Positions 12,423 to 22,060 of a DNA stretch of 64,000 nt are shown here, one piece after another. A model generated the notes under the pieces. The model was given only the letters and a program-made list of their open reading frames with translations. It ran no database searches and was not told the origin of the DNA. The DNA is from Rhodothermales bacterium (GTDB taxonomy: Bacteria > Bacteroidota > Rhodothermia > Rhodothermales > BA12): NCBI GenBank assembly GCA_963726715.1, contig CAVSDF010000010.1:682212-746211 (forward strand), read 5' to 3'. The position numbers were made by a program, and so were the translations under genes. Every line of letters begins with the position of its first letter. The first letter of the stretch is position 1.

Positions 12423-13643
12423 GTGCCGGGCGTGCGGGCGCAGGACCTGCTCGTGGCGATGGACGCCGGGCAGACGAACCACCTGCGCGCCTACGGCGTC
12501 GTCTACTGGGCGCTGACGGCCGATCTCGAGGTCGAGTGGCTGCTCAACTACCGCGGCGGCGCGTTCCTCCTCCCGCTCGACGGCGAGGTCGAGGCCAAAC
12601 TCCGCGAGGCGGGCGTCTCCTACGAACGCCTGAGCGGCGCCGAGACGGCGGGCGTGCTCGGAAGCGTCGAGGACCCCGCCAACAACCAGGCGACGATCCG
12701 CCTCGAAAAAGCGCCGCGCGTCGCCGTCTACGCGCCGACGCAGAGCCTGCCGTGGGACGATGCCGTGCTCATGGCCCTCGAATACGCCAAAATCCCCTAC
12801 GAGAAGATCTACGACGACGACGTCCTCGACGGGCGCCTCGCCGACTTCGACTGGCTGCACCTGCACCACGAGGACTTCACCGGCCAGTTCGGCAAGTTCT
12901 ACCAGTTCCGCAACCAGCCGTGGTACAAGCAGCAGAAGTCGGAAGCGGAAGCCGACGCCGCCCGGCGCGGCTACGACAAGGTCAGCGGCCTGAAACTCTC
13001 CGTCGCCGCCGCGATCCGCGGATGGGTCGACAAGGGCGGATTCCTGTTCGCGATGTGCTCCGGCACCGACACCTTCGACATCGCCCTCGCCGCCCACGAC
13101 GCCGACATCGTCCCCGCCGAGTACGACGGCGACGGCGTCTCGCCGGGTGCCGCCGCGCCGCTCGACTACGCGCAGACGCTCGCCTTCACCGGCTTCACGC
13201 CCTCGCTCAACCCCTACGAGTACGAGCACAGCGACATCGACGCGGGCGCGCCGCCGCCCGAGATGCGCACCGCCGCCCTCGACTTCTTCACCCTCTACGA
13301 CTTCCGCGCCAAGACCGACCCCGTGCCGACGATGCTCACGCAGAACCACGTGGCGAGCGTGAAAGGCTTCCTCGGGCAGGCGACGATCTTCGCGCGCGAC
13401 CGCATCAAGCCATCCGTCACCATCCTCGCCGAGGCGCCGGGGCGGAACGCCGTCAAGTACCTCACCGGCACGCTCGGGCAGGGGACGTTCACGTTCTACG
13501 CGGGCCACGACCCGGAAGACTACCAGCATTTCGTCGGCGACCCCGCGACCGATCTCGACCTCTACCGCTCCTCGCCCGGCTACCGCCTCATCCTCAACAA
13601 CGTCCTCTTCCCCGCCGCCCGCAAGAAGCCGCAGAAGACGTGA
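12423..13643 (+). CDS. conserved secreted protein of unknown function; its probable signal peptide is out of frame upstream
   Basis: Intact 406-aa ORF with coding-like composition (QDLLVAMDAGQTNHLRAYGVVYW..., FLFAMCSGTDTFDIALA). A signal-peptide-like MRRFLAVLAAVLAVALTRS starts at ATG 12367 in a different frame, with the junction at about 12415-12425. I recall that homologues sometimes carry a legacy 'asparagine synthetase B' label, but this is unverified. Confidence 0.6.
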   Translation: MPGVRAQDLLVAMDAGQTNHLRAYGVVYWALTADLEVEWLLNYRGGAFLLPLDGEVEAKLREAGVSYERLSGAETAGVLGSVEDPANNQATIRLEKAPRVAVYAPTQSLPWDDAVLMALEYAKIPYEKIYDDDVLDGRLADFDWLHLHHEDFTGQFGKFYQFRNQPWYKQQKSEAEADAARRGYDKVSGLKLSVAAAIRGWVDKGGFLFAMCSGTDTFDIALAAHDADIVPAEYDGDGVSPGAAAPLDYAQTLAFTGFTPSLNPYEYEHSDIDAGAPPPEMRTAALDFFTLYDFRAKTDPVPTMLTQNHVASVKGFLGQATIFARDRIKPSVTILAEAPGRNAVKYLTGTLGQGTFTFYAGHDPEDYQHFVGDPATDLDLYRSSPGYRLILNNVLFPAARKKPQKT

Positions 13644-13710
13644 CGTGGGGGAGGATTGGGGATGGGAGATTGGAGGGGTGAATGTGCCCCTGGAGATGGT
13701 TTGGGGCGCA

Positions 13711-13737
13711 GCGGGCGGGTCGGGGACCCGCCCCTAC
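13711..13737. repeat. GC-rich palindromic REP-like element / bidirectional terminator-like hairpin
   Basis: GGGCGGGTC-GGG-GACCCGCCC-CTAC lies between convergent genes (12423..13643 on + and 13734..14219 on -). It overlaps the stop codon of the latter. Confidence 0.65.
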
Positions 13738-14219
13738 TTGCCGCCGGTGTCGGGCGTGATGGTGCCGCGGCGAGCGAAGGAGACCTGCTGATTTTCGTCG
13801 GTCGTGAAGCCGAGGAGGTCGTTGGAGATGGCGACCGAGCCGCTCCACCGCACCGCACGCGACGGGTAGACGAGGTCGAGGGCGATGGCGAAGCCGTCGA
13901 AGCTGCCCTTCACGGTGGCGTTTTCGAGCGCGCGGGGCGGCGTGATCGGACGGTTGTCGGTGCGGCGCGTGGTGAGGGTGCCGGTGAGGGCGCCATTCGC
14001 GCCGCTGAGCACGAGCACCTGCTCGAAGACGACGTACTGCGTCCCCGACTGCGTGGCGACGCCAAGCGAGTCGCGGCGGTCCCACGTGCCCTGCGGCTTC
14101 AGATCGGGAAACGGCGACCCGCCCCCGCCGCTGTCGCACCCGGCGACGAGGGCGCCCGCGGCAATCACGGAGGCGAGGGCAAGGGGCGCGGCGAGGCGTG
14201 CAGCAGAAATCAGGCGCAT
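13734..14219 (-). CDS. putative lipoprotein
   Basis: Internal ATG at 14219 of ORF 13734..14345 gives MRLISAARLAAPLALASVIAAGALVAGCDSGGGGS (a lipobox followed by a Gly/Ser linker). I recognise no family. Confidence 0.55.
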   Translation of the reverse strand: MRLISAARLAAPLALASVIAAGALVAGCDSGGGGSPFPDLKPQGTWDRRDSLGVATQSGTQYVVFEQVLVLSGANGALTGTLTTRRTDNRPITPPRALENATVKGSFDGFAIALDLVYPSRAVRWSGSVAISNDLLGFTTDENQQVSFARRGTITPDTGGK

Positions 14220-14422
14220 CAAAACGTCGAAAGGGGCGGAGTCCCGGCAGGAACGCGCGGACGGCGCAAGGTAGCGCCGGAGCGATACCGACACGGGCGG
14301 GGCACCTACACGGGCGGGGCCCGGCGCGACACGACGTGGGGGCACGATCTATCGTGCCCTTACCGCCACCGCCGCCCGGTACGGCCCCTGCGCCCCACCC
14401 TCCCCGCACGCTGCATCCACCC

Positions 14423-15860
14423 TCACATGCCCGGCCACGCATCCTCCATCACCAGCACGTCGGCCTCGGGCACGAAGACCGTCGCGGTTCGGGTGGCGCC
14501 GGTGTCGCGGCCGTTCTCCAGCTTCAGCACGCCGCGCGGGCACACCGTCGCGCAGACGCCGCAGCCGACGCACCCGGCGCGGACGACGTTCTGGCCGCGC
14601 TGCGCGTAGTGCCGCACGTCGATGCCCATCTCGCAGTGCGTCGAGCACTGGCCGCACGAAATGCACTGCCCGCCGTTCGTCGTGATGCGGAAACGCGAGA
14701 AGAAGCGCTGCTGCAGGCCGAGGATCGCCGCCATCGGGCAGCCGAAGCGGCACCACACGCGGGCCCCCATGAGCGGGTAGAAGCCGACACCGACGACGCC
14801 CGAGAACGCCGCGCCGATCCAGAATCCGTACCCCTTCGCCAGCACGTCGCCCGCCCCGCCCAGTTGCCCGGTGAGCGCGTGAATCCACAGCAGGACGGTC
14901 GTGACGATGATGAGCGCGAGCACGCTGTGGATCATCCAGCGCTCGATCTGCCACGCACGGACGCTGTTGTCGGAGAGGTGGCGGTACGGGTCGCCCGCGG
15001 TTTCGGCGAGGCCGCCGCAGCCGCACACCCACGCGCAGTACCAGCGCTTGCCGAAGAAGTACGTCAGAAGGGGCGTGGCGACGGTCAGCAGGACGACGCT
15101 CCAGAGCAGCGCCGCCCACCCGAGCGCCGCCCGCGCCCTGCAGATTGGCGACGGTCGAGGGCCAGAAGCCGTCGTAGTCGAGCGGCCACGTGTAGTGGAA
15201 GTAGAGTTCGGGCTTCGAGAGGCGGATGAACAGCGACGGCAGCGTCCACGCGAAGAAGACCTGGAAGAACCCGACCGAGACCGTCCGCGCGACGTGGTAC
15301 GGCGTCTTCCAGCGCCGCGCCGCGCGGGCGCCCATCACGACGACGGCGAACGTGTAGAAGCTGCCGTAGACGAACCACTGCGTGGCGTCCTGCCCGCGCA
15401 CGGCCTGCGCGAGCGGGTCGAAGGCGCGCACGAGGCCGTCGAGGAGGCCGGGGTACCAGTACGTGGCGACGTAGTAGGCGGTGAGGAGCGCGGCGAGCGC
15501 CCACGCGGTCACGCCGCGCCGGGTGCCGTCGCGGTGCCACGTCCCGGCGGCATCGCCCGCGCCGTCGTGGTGCGCCGCGTGGCCGTCGCCGTCGCGCCCG
15601 GCCGAGCCGACCCACCCGAGCCGCAGCGCCGCGCCGGCGACGAGGAGGCCGGTGCCGAGGGCGAACGTCCCCCACCCCGGCAGCCGAAGCCCGGCGGCGG
15701 CGGCGAGCCAGACGGCGAGCGAGGCGAGGAGCAGCGCCGTGCCGACGCGCGCGAGCGCCGTCGGCGTCGGGAGCGGAATCGTGAGCGCGAGCGACCGGTC
15801 GAGCGCGTCGAGCGTCGGCGTGCCGCGAGGGGCGTCGGGGAAGGCGAGTGTGGAGGGCAT
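14423..15860 (-). pseudogene. membrane polyferredoxin (4Fe-4S binding, NapH/MauN-like), frame-disrupted
   Basis: The C-terminal ORF 14423..15028 has FGKRWYCAWVCGCGG (continuing upstream in the same frame), RVWCRFGCP, and two CxxCxxCxxxC motifs (CISCGQCSTHC, CVGCGVCATVC). The N-terminal multi-TM part is in the frame of ORF 14349..15959, starting at ATG 15860. The junction is at about 15115-15140. Length 1438 nt is 1 mod 3. Confidence 0.75.
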
Positions 15861-15890
15861 GAGATCAAGTGGTAAACGTCGAAATGTCGC

Positions 15891-15914
15891 AGGGGCGGGT
15901 CTCGACCCGCCCCC
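15891..15914. repeat. GC-rich palindromic REP-like element
   Basis: GGGGCGGGTC-TC-GACCCGCCCC lies between the oxidoreductase stop and the polyferredoxin start. Confidence 0.65.
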
Positions 15915-15955
15915 CACCGCCGCCCCGCCTCCCCCCAGCGCCCCATCCCCAATCC

Positions 15956-17272
15956 TCAAACCCCCACGAACCGCCGCGCGTCGAACTCGGCATCAAACGC
16001 AATCTCCGCGAGCCGCGTCCGCACGTCGTCGGCGCGGCGTCCGTCGGCGATCCACGCGCGGACGGTCTCGCCGCGCAGGCGCGCGCCCATCACCGAGACG
16101 GCGACCACGCGCCCGTCCTCGCCTGCGACGACGCGCAGGAGAGCGCCGCGGCGGGCGTCGGCGAAGCGGTGCGTCGTCCATCCCGCCGCCGCCGCGTCGG
16201 TGTCGTAGGCGCCGTAGGCCTGCCACTCGGTGTCGAAGACCTTGGCGGAGTTGAAGGGCACGCCCGGCGCGTAAGCGCGCGGCGATCCGGCGAGGCCGTG
16301 GGCGGCGACGGCGCCCTGCGCCCGTGCGCTGTACCAGAGCTGCTCGATGCGACCGCCGCGTCCGTCGCCGGTGTCGGTCGCGGCGAGTTCGGCGCAGTCG
16401 CCCGCCGCATAAACGGCGCCCTCCGCACCACCCGACGCGAGCGCCGCATCGACGCGCACGCCGCGCCCCATCTCCAGGCCCGATCCATCGAGCCACGCCA
16501 CGTCCGGCGCCACGCCGACGGTCACGCCGACGACGCGGCAGTCCATCGTCCCGCCCTTCTTGAAGGTCACGCCCGCGACGCGGCCCGTCGCCGCATCCGC
16601 GTCGATCGACGCGACTTCCGTCTCGAACCGCACCTCGATGCCGCCCTGCCCGAGCGCCGCGAGGGCGCGGTCCGACTCCTCCGGCGCGAGCGCGCGGCCC
16701 ATCAGCCGGTCCTCGCGCACGACGAGCGTGACCCGGAGGCCGAGGTACGAGAGGCACTCGCAGAGTTCGATCCCCGAGAGACCGCCGCCGATGACGACCG
16801 CCCGCGCCGCCTCGCCCGCTTCCGCAGCCGCGTCCTTCGCCGCATCGGCCGCGCGGACGATGGGCGCGAGGTCGTGGACGCCCCAGAACTGCACGACGCC
16901 GGTGAGGTCTTCGCCGGGCACGCCGAGCCGCCGCGCCGCCGAGCCGGTGGCGACGAGCAAGCGGTCGAAATCGAGCGCCTCGCCCCGAGCGAGCGTCACG
17001 CGCCGGGCGCCGACGTCGAGCGACGTCGCACGGTCGGCGACGAGGTTCACGCCGAGCGAGCGCCAGACGGCGTCGCTGTGGAGGGCCGTCTCGCGCGGGC
17101 GGACGTGGCCCATGAGCGCGTACATCAGCGCCGGGCGGCTGTACGGCGGCAACCCCTCGCCGCAGAGCATCGTGACGGCCCCGGTGTGCCCGAGCCGCCG
17201 AAGCGTCTGCGCCGCCGTCGCCGCGGCCATTCCCCCTCCGACGAGGACGATGCGGGAAGAAGCGTCGGGCAC
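15956..17272 (-). CDS. FAD/NAD(P)-dependent pyridine nucleotide-disulfide oxidoreductase
   Basis: Intact 438-aa ORF. It has two Rossmann GxGxxG motifs (IVLVGGGMAAATAA and AVVIGGGLSGIE) and a YAAGDCA FAD-binding motif. It sits directly upstream of the polyferredoxin on the same strand. Confidence 0.85.
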   Translation of the reverse strand: MPDASSRIVLVGGGMAAATAAQTLRRLGHTGAVTMLCGEGLPPYSRPALMYALMGHVRPRETALHSDAVWRSLGVNLVADRATSLDVGARRVTLARGEALDFDRLLVATGSAARRLGVPGEDLTGVVQFWGVHDLAPIVRAADAAKDAAAEAGEAARAVVIGGGLSGIELCECLSYLGLRVTLVVREDRLMGRALAPEESDRALAALGQGGIEVRFETEVASIDADAATGRVAGVTFKKGGTMDCRVVGVTVGVAPDVAWLDGSGLEMGRGVRVDAALASGGAEGAVYAAGDCAELAATDTGDGRGGRIEQLWYSARAQGAVAAHGLAGSPRAYAPGVPFNSAKVFDTEWQAYGAYDTDAAAAGWTTHRFADARRGALLRVVAGEDGRVVAVSVMGARLRGETVRAWIADGRRADDVRTRLAEIAFDAEFDARRFVGV

Positions 17273-17454
17273 AGGAGCGAGGAAAGGTGTTTGACCAAAC
17301 TACTGCCCGCGCCTCGATCGTGCGCGTTTCGTGGGAGAGATATGCGGAATGGGACGAGGGGGAATTCGGAGGAGCGCGCGATGGCGCGTGGTGGGCCTGC
17401 GCCGGTTCCGACGTGCGGTGGCGGCGCGGTGATGCACGGCAACGGCGGCGCCCG

Positions 17455-17483
17455 GTAGAGACGCATCGGCGATGCGTCTCTAC
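17455..17483. repeat. perfect 14-bp-arm palindrome with GTAG/CTAC termini
   Basis: GTAGAGACGCATCG-G-CGATGCGTCTCTAC, read directly in the divergent intergenic region between the oxidoreductase operon and nadK. Confidence 0.8.
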
Positions 17484-17620
17484 GCCCCCGGCTGGTGATG
17501 CGGATACGACGCCCCCGGCTGGCCCGGCGGGCACGGGACCGCCCCCATGCGCCGCCCTGCGGATCGCCCGCCGCCCGCCGCCCCGCGTACCTTGCCGCCG
17601 CCCTCGCCCCCTGCCCTGCC

Positions 17621-18634
17621 ATGACCCTCGGCCTGACCGGCAACCCCGACAAAGACGCCCTCTGGACGCCTCTCGCGCGCCTCGTCGCGCAGTTGCGGGC
17701 CGACGGGGAGACGTTCGTCCTCGATCCGCGCCTCGCCGAGGGCCTCGCCGCGCGCGACCTCGTCGGTAGCGCCGGACCGCTCGACCCGTACGTCGCCGAT
17801 CTCCCGACCGCCGCTACGCGCCCCGTCGGCGATTCCGGGCGTCCGGATGTCGTCCTCTCGTTCGGCGGCGACGGGACGATGCTGCGCACCGCGCACGCGC
17901 TCGGGCGGGCCGAAACGCCCATCCTCGGCGTCAACATCGGGCGGTTGGGATTTCTCGCCGACATCGAGACCGGCGAACTCGACGCCGTCGTGGCGCGCCT
18001 GCGCGCGGGCGACTACCGCGTCGAGCCGCGCGCCGTCCTGGAAGCCGCCGTCGTCGACGCGACCGTCCTGCCCTCCCCGCGTGGCGAGCGCGGCCCAACG
18101 CTCCCCGACACGACCCTCGGCAAGCCCGCCGACGCGGCCACGTCAGCCCCCGGCGACGCGCCCATTCCGCCACGCATCTCGCCGTGGGCGCTCAACGAGT
18201 TCGCCATCGAACGCGCCGGACGTGCGGGCCTGCTCGCCATCCGCGTCCATGTCAGCGGCGTCTTCCTGAACACCTACTGGGGCGACGGCCTGATCGTCGC
18301 CACCCCGACCGGCTCGACGGCCTACTCGCTCTCCGTCGGCGGCCCGATCCTCGCGCCCGAGGCGGGCGTCGTCGTGCTCTCGCCGATCGCGCCCCACACC
18401 CTCACCGTCCGCCCGATCGTCCTCTCCGACGACGTGACCCTCGACATCGCCGTCCGCACCCGCGACGCCTTCGTCGTCGCCGCCGACGGGTCGACGACGC
18501 TCCTCGGCGGCTCCGCGCGTCTGCGCATCGCCCGCGCGGCGCACCGCGTCCACCTCGTCAAGCTGCCCGAGCGCCCCTTCTTCGCCACGCTTCGCAGCAA
18601 GCTTCTCTGGGGCCGCGGCGCCAAGGACGGCTGA
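17621..18634 (+). CDS. nadK: NAD kinase
   Basis: Motifs FGGDGTMLR, GVNIGRLGFL and ATPTGSTAYSLSVGGPI, starting at the in-frame ATG 17621 (MTLGLTGNP) of ORF 17495..18634. Confidence 0.9.
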   Translation: MTLGLTGNPDKDALWTPLARLVAQLRADGETFVLDPRLAEGLAARDLVGSAGPLDPYVADLPTAATRPVGDSGRPDVVLSFGGDGTMLRTAHALGRAETPILGVNIGRLGFLADIETGELDAVVARLRAGDYRVEPRAVLEAAVVDATVLPSPRGERGPTLPDTTLGKPADAATSAPGDAPIPPRISPWALNEFAIERAGRAGLLAIRVHVSGVFLNTYWGDGLIVATPTGSTAYSLSVGGPILAPEAGVVVLSPIAPHTLTVRPIVLSDDVTLDIAVRTRDAFVVAADGSTTLLGGSARLRIARAAHRVHLVKLPERPFFATLRSKLLWGRGAKDG

Positions 18635-18718
18635 GCACGCCGAACCGGGCCCCGGTCGCCGACGGGTCGAAGCCCACGTGAAGCCGCGACGGCGCGGCGC
18701 GCGGCGGGCGCGGCGCCG

Positions 18719-18725
18719 TATCTTG
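18719..18725 (+). promoter_or_regulatory. candidate -7-like promoter element TATCTTG upstream of tRNA-Phe
   Basis: A TAnnTTG-type motif lies 26 nt upstream of the tRNA 5' end. The same motif class recurs upstream of several start codons in this window (see findings). This is inference only. Confidence 0.3.
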
Positions 18726-18751
18726 CGCGTCCGGCCCGTCGTGGCCTGTGC

Positions 18752-18824
18752 GGCTCGGTAGCTCAGTTGGTAGAGCAATGGACTGAAAATCCATGTGTCG
18801 GCGGTTCAAGTCCGTCCCGAGCCA
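18752..18824 (+). tRNA. tRNA-Phe (anticodon GAA)
   Basis: Cloverleaf folded by hand: acceptor GGCTCGG/CCGAGCC, D-arm GCTCAGTTGGTAGAGC, anticodon stem-loop ATGGA-CTGAAAA-TCCAT, T-arm GGCGG-TTCAAGT-CCGTC, discriminator A. CCA is not encoded. Confidence 0.9.
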
Positions 18825-18827
18825 CTC

Positions 18828-18867
18828 AAAGGCGCCCTTCCTGATGTCAGGAAGGGCGCCTTTGATT
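18828..18867 (+). terminator. Rho-independent-type terminator after tRNA-Phe
   Basis: A 14-bp perfect stem, GGCGCCCTTCCTGA / TCAGGAAGGGCGCC, is followed by TTTGATT. Confidence 0.65.
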
Positions 18868-19203
18868 ATGAGGCCCGCGTCTTCCATTCATCCGCGTGAA
18901 GCGGACTGCACAAGACGGGTCAGGCCCAGTAGCACGCCCCCGCTCGATCGTCGCCGGGTCTGGCGAGGGGGCGTTCCGGGCGCCGACGTCCTCGCCGGGC
19001 GGCGTCCGGGCGGCGACCTCCTCCCACCGCGTCTGCGGGGGCGTTTCGAGCGACTCCACAGCGGGGCTGCGCCTCGGTTGCAGAACCGCCGCCCGTCCGC
19101 TGGAGGTACAGCCCGGGGATGGGGTGGTGCGTACCTTGGCTCCTGCCTCCGAGGAAACAGCGCTGCCTGCCGTACCCTGTAGGCGTCTTCCGACCGCGCC
19201 GCC

Positions 19204-20035
19204 ATGCCTCCTCGTCCGAATCCGACCGACATTCTGCGCCGCAACAACGTGCGGATCTTCGGGCGCGGCACCCAGCCGATGGTGTTCGCCCACGGCTTCG
19301 GCTGCGACCAGAACATGTGGCGCTTCCTCACGCCCGCCTTCGAGGACGCCTACCGCATCGTCCTCTTCGACTACGTCGGCTCGGGCAGGTCGGACCTCAG
19401 CGCCTACCACGCCGACCGCTACGCCGACCTCAACGGCTACGCCGAGGACGTGCTGGAGGTCTGCGCCGCGCTCGACCTCCACGACATCGTGTTCGTCGGC
19501 CACAGCGTGAGCAGCATGATCGGCGTGCTCGCGTCCATCAAGGAGCCCGAGCGGTTCGCGCGGCTCGTGCTCGTCGGCCCCTCGCCGCGCTACATCAACG
19601 AGGCGCCCGACTACGTCGGCGGCTTCGAGCGGGCCGACATCGAGGACTCTGCTGTCGACGATGGAGAAGAACTACATCGGCTGGGCCAACTTCCTCGCGC
19701 CCGCCATCATGAAGAACCCCGAGCATCCGGAGCTCGGAGAGGAGCTCACCGAGAGCTTCTGCTCGACCGACCCGACGATCGCCCGGCAGTTCGCCAAGGC
19801 CACGTTCTTCTCCGACAACCGCCGCGACCTCGCCAAGGTCACCGTGCCGTCGCTCATTCTGCAGTGCTCGGACGACCTCATCGCGCCCCTCGACGTCGGC
19901 CACTACCTCCACCGCGAGATGCCGCAGAGCACGCTCCGCATCCTCCGCGCCACCGGCCACTGCCCCCACATGAGCGCCCCCGCCGAGACGATCGACGCGA
20001 TTCAGCAGTACCTCAGCGGCGCGCTGACGAACTGA
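19204..20035 (+). pseudogene. RsbQ / D14 / KAI2-like alpha/beta hydrolase, frame-disrupted by one nucleotide
   Basis: The N-terminal part is ORF 19204.. (FAHGFGCDQNMW, nucleophile elbow GHSVSSMIG). The C-terminal part is ORF 19661..20035 ([40 protein letters not shown] with the catalytic His). The junction reads gag gac t ctg ctg at about 19648; removing one nucleotide gives ..[17 protein letters not shown]... Length 832 nt is 1 mod 3. Confidence 0.8.
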
Positions 20036-20132
20036 CGCGGCCCCGGAGCCGTCGCCACGCGTCTCCCGACCGCTGCGCCCCGCCACACGAGGCGTTCTTC
20101 GGCCCGCCCGGCCCCGCATCCCCTTCCCCGCC

Positions 20133-21323
20133 ATGGACGACCTGCTCGATGCGGCGCCGTGCGGCTACGTGGCCTTCACCGACGCGGGCACCGTCACGGC
20201 CGTCAATGCGACGCTCGCGGAGATGCTCGGCTACGACCGGGCGGAGATCGTCGGCGGGCATGTCGAGCGGCTGCTCACGGTGGCCGGGCGCATCTTCTAC
20301 CAGACGCACCTCTTCCCGCTGCTGACCCTTCATGGCAAGGCCGAGGAGATCTTCCTGACGCTCCGCCGCAAGGACGGCGAGGGCGTGCCGGTGCTGGCCA
20401 ACGCGGTCCGCTCGGCGGAGGGCGACGACGGCCGCAGCGCCTGCGTGGTGATTCCCGTCTACCAGCGGCGCAAGTACGAGGACGAGATCCTGGCCGCCAG
20501 GCGCGTCGCCGAGGAGGCGGTGCAGAGCAGCGCCGAACTCACGCGCACCCGCACCGAACTCGAGCGGAACGCCCGCGAGCTCGACCGCAAGGTGAGCCGC
20601 CTCGAACAGCGCAACACCGAACTCACGCGCTTCAGCGTCATCCTCTCGCACGACCTCCGCGAGCCGATCCGCAAGCTGTCGGTCTTCGCCGGTCTCCTCG
20701 GTGGCGAAGACCGCGCGGCCCTCACCCCGATGGGCCTCCGCGCCGTCGACGTCCTTCAGACCGAGTGCGCCCGCCTCGACGCCCTCGTGCGCGGCCTGCA
20801 GGAGTACGTGGCCCTCGACGCCTCGACGGAGCCGTTCGAGGCCGTCGATCTCGGCGACGCCGCGCGCGCCGCGCGCGAGACCGTCGCACGGCGCCGTGGC
20901 CTGCCGGAGTTCGACGTGTCCATCGGCCCGCTGCCGACGGTGCAGGGCGCGCGGCGGCAGATCGAGGCGCTCTTCGTCCACCTGCTCGACAACGCCGTCA
21001 CGTTCTCCGCGCCCGGGGTGGCGCCGCGCGTGGTGCTGCGCGGGCACGAGGTGCAGGAGAACAGCTTCCGCGCCACCGAAGGCCGCTACCGCTACGTCGA
21101 CCACGCCCGGGTGGTGGTCGAGGACAACGGGACCGGCTTCGACGCGCGCTACAGCGACTACATCTTCGAGGCCCTGCGCAAGCTCGACCCGGCCAGCCCG
21201 GGCCTCGGCCTCGGCCTCGCCGTCTGCCGGAAGGTGGCCGAGAACCACTTCGGCTCCATCAAGGCCGCACCGGTGGTCGGCGGCGGAAGCCGCTTCACGG
21301 TGCTGCTTCCGCTCCAGCCATAG
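20133..21323 (+). CDS. cytoplasmic PAS-domain sensor histidine kinase
   Basis: Intact 396-aa ORF. It has an N-terminal PAS-like domain, a coiled-coil linker, the H-box SHDLREPIRK, and an HATPase region (DNGTGFD, GLGLGLAVCRK). I see no TM segments. Confidence 0.85.
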   Translation: MDDLLDAAPCGYVAFTDAGTVTAVNATLAEMLGYDRAEIVGGHVERLLTVAGRIFYQTHLFPLLTLHGKAEEIFLTLRRKDGEGVPVLANAVRSAEGDDGRSACVVIPVYQRRKYEDEILAARRVAEEAVQSSAELTRTRTELERNARELDRKVSRLEQRNTELTRFSVILSHDLREPIRKLSVFAGLLGGEDRAALTPMGLRAVDVLQTECARLDALVRGLQEYVALDASTEPFEAVDLGDAARAARETVARRRGLPEFDVSIGPLPTVQGARRQIEALFVHLLDNAVTFSAPGVAPRVVLRGHEVQENSFRATEGRYRYVDHARVVVEDNGTGFDARYSDYIFEALRKLDPASPGLGLGLAVCRKVAENHFGSIKAAPVVGGGSRFTVLLPLQP

Positions 21324-21353
21324 CGCGTCGGCGGAGGCGTCCGCGCGCCCGTG

Positions 21354-21821
21354 CTACGTGATCGGCGGAAGGGCGGGCGGCGGCAGAGCCGTCGGCGGAA
21401 GGGCTGCGATGTGGAGGTAGAAGTCCGACAACGTCCGGCACGACTCGGTCAGTCCGCCGAAGCTCATCGGCTTGGTCACGAAGGCGCTCGCGCCGAGATC
21501 GTAGCTCCGCTCGACATCCTCGGGCGCCTGCGACGTCGTGAAGACGACCACCGGCACGCGGCGCAGCGCCGGATCGGCCTTGATCTCCGCCAGCGCCTGC
21601 AGGCCGCTCAGCCGGGGCATGTTGAGGTCGAGCAGGATCATGCCCGGGAAGGGGGCGTCGGCGTCGCTGCCGCTGCGACGCAGGTACGCCATCAACTCGG
21701 CGCCGTCGTGGACGAAGCGCAGATCGACATCGTCGATGGCATGACGGAGCGCCATCCCGGTGAGATGGCAGTCTTCGAGGTCGTCATCGGCCATGAGAAG
21801 GGTGACGGGGGACAGCGGCAT
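21354..21821 (-). CDS. stand-alone CheY-like response regulator receiver
   Basis: The ATG at 21821 gives MPLSPVTLLMADDDLEDCHL...ILLDLNMPRLSG...VVVFTTS...FVTKP. These are the receiver acidic pocket, the phospho-Asp and the conserved Thr/Lys. There is no output domain. It converges on the PAS kinase. Confidence 0.85.
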   Translation of the reverse strand: MPLSPVTLLMADDDLEDCHLTGMALRHAIDDVDLRFVHDGAELMAYLRRSGSDADAPFPGMILLDLNMPRLSGLQALAEIKADPALRRVPVVVFTTSQAPEDVERSYDLGASAFVTKPMSFGGLTESCRTLSDFYLHIAALPPTALPPPALPPIT

Positions 21822-22060
21822 ACGACATTGCTGGATGGAGGACGGCGGCCCTCCCGGGGCCCTGGCGCCGCGGGAGAGGAAGATCGCGGCGAGCGCTGCA
21901 CCCCGGCAGGCACCGGATCGGCGGAATGACTCTCGAAACGCGGCAAGGCGCCGGAAGGTCGCGAAGGCGACCTCTTGCAAGCGACCTGCTTCGCCGCCGG
22001 GCGCGCGGCCTCACGGCGATCCGCAGGCGGATGCCTGCCCGCGGACGAGGCGGCCAGCGG

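Noticed and set aside
18870-19200. ORFs between tRNA-Phe and the RsbQ-like gene (18793..19182, 18847..19503, 18888..19331, 18896..19510).
   Set aside because: They are mutually overlapping and Arg/Pro/Gly-rich, with no motifs, and are most likely non-coding. I could not assign any feature to this roughly 330-nt gap.
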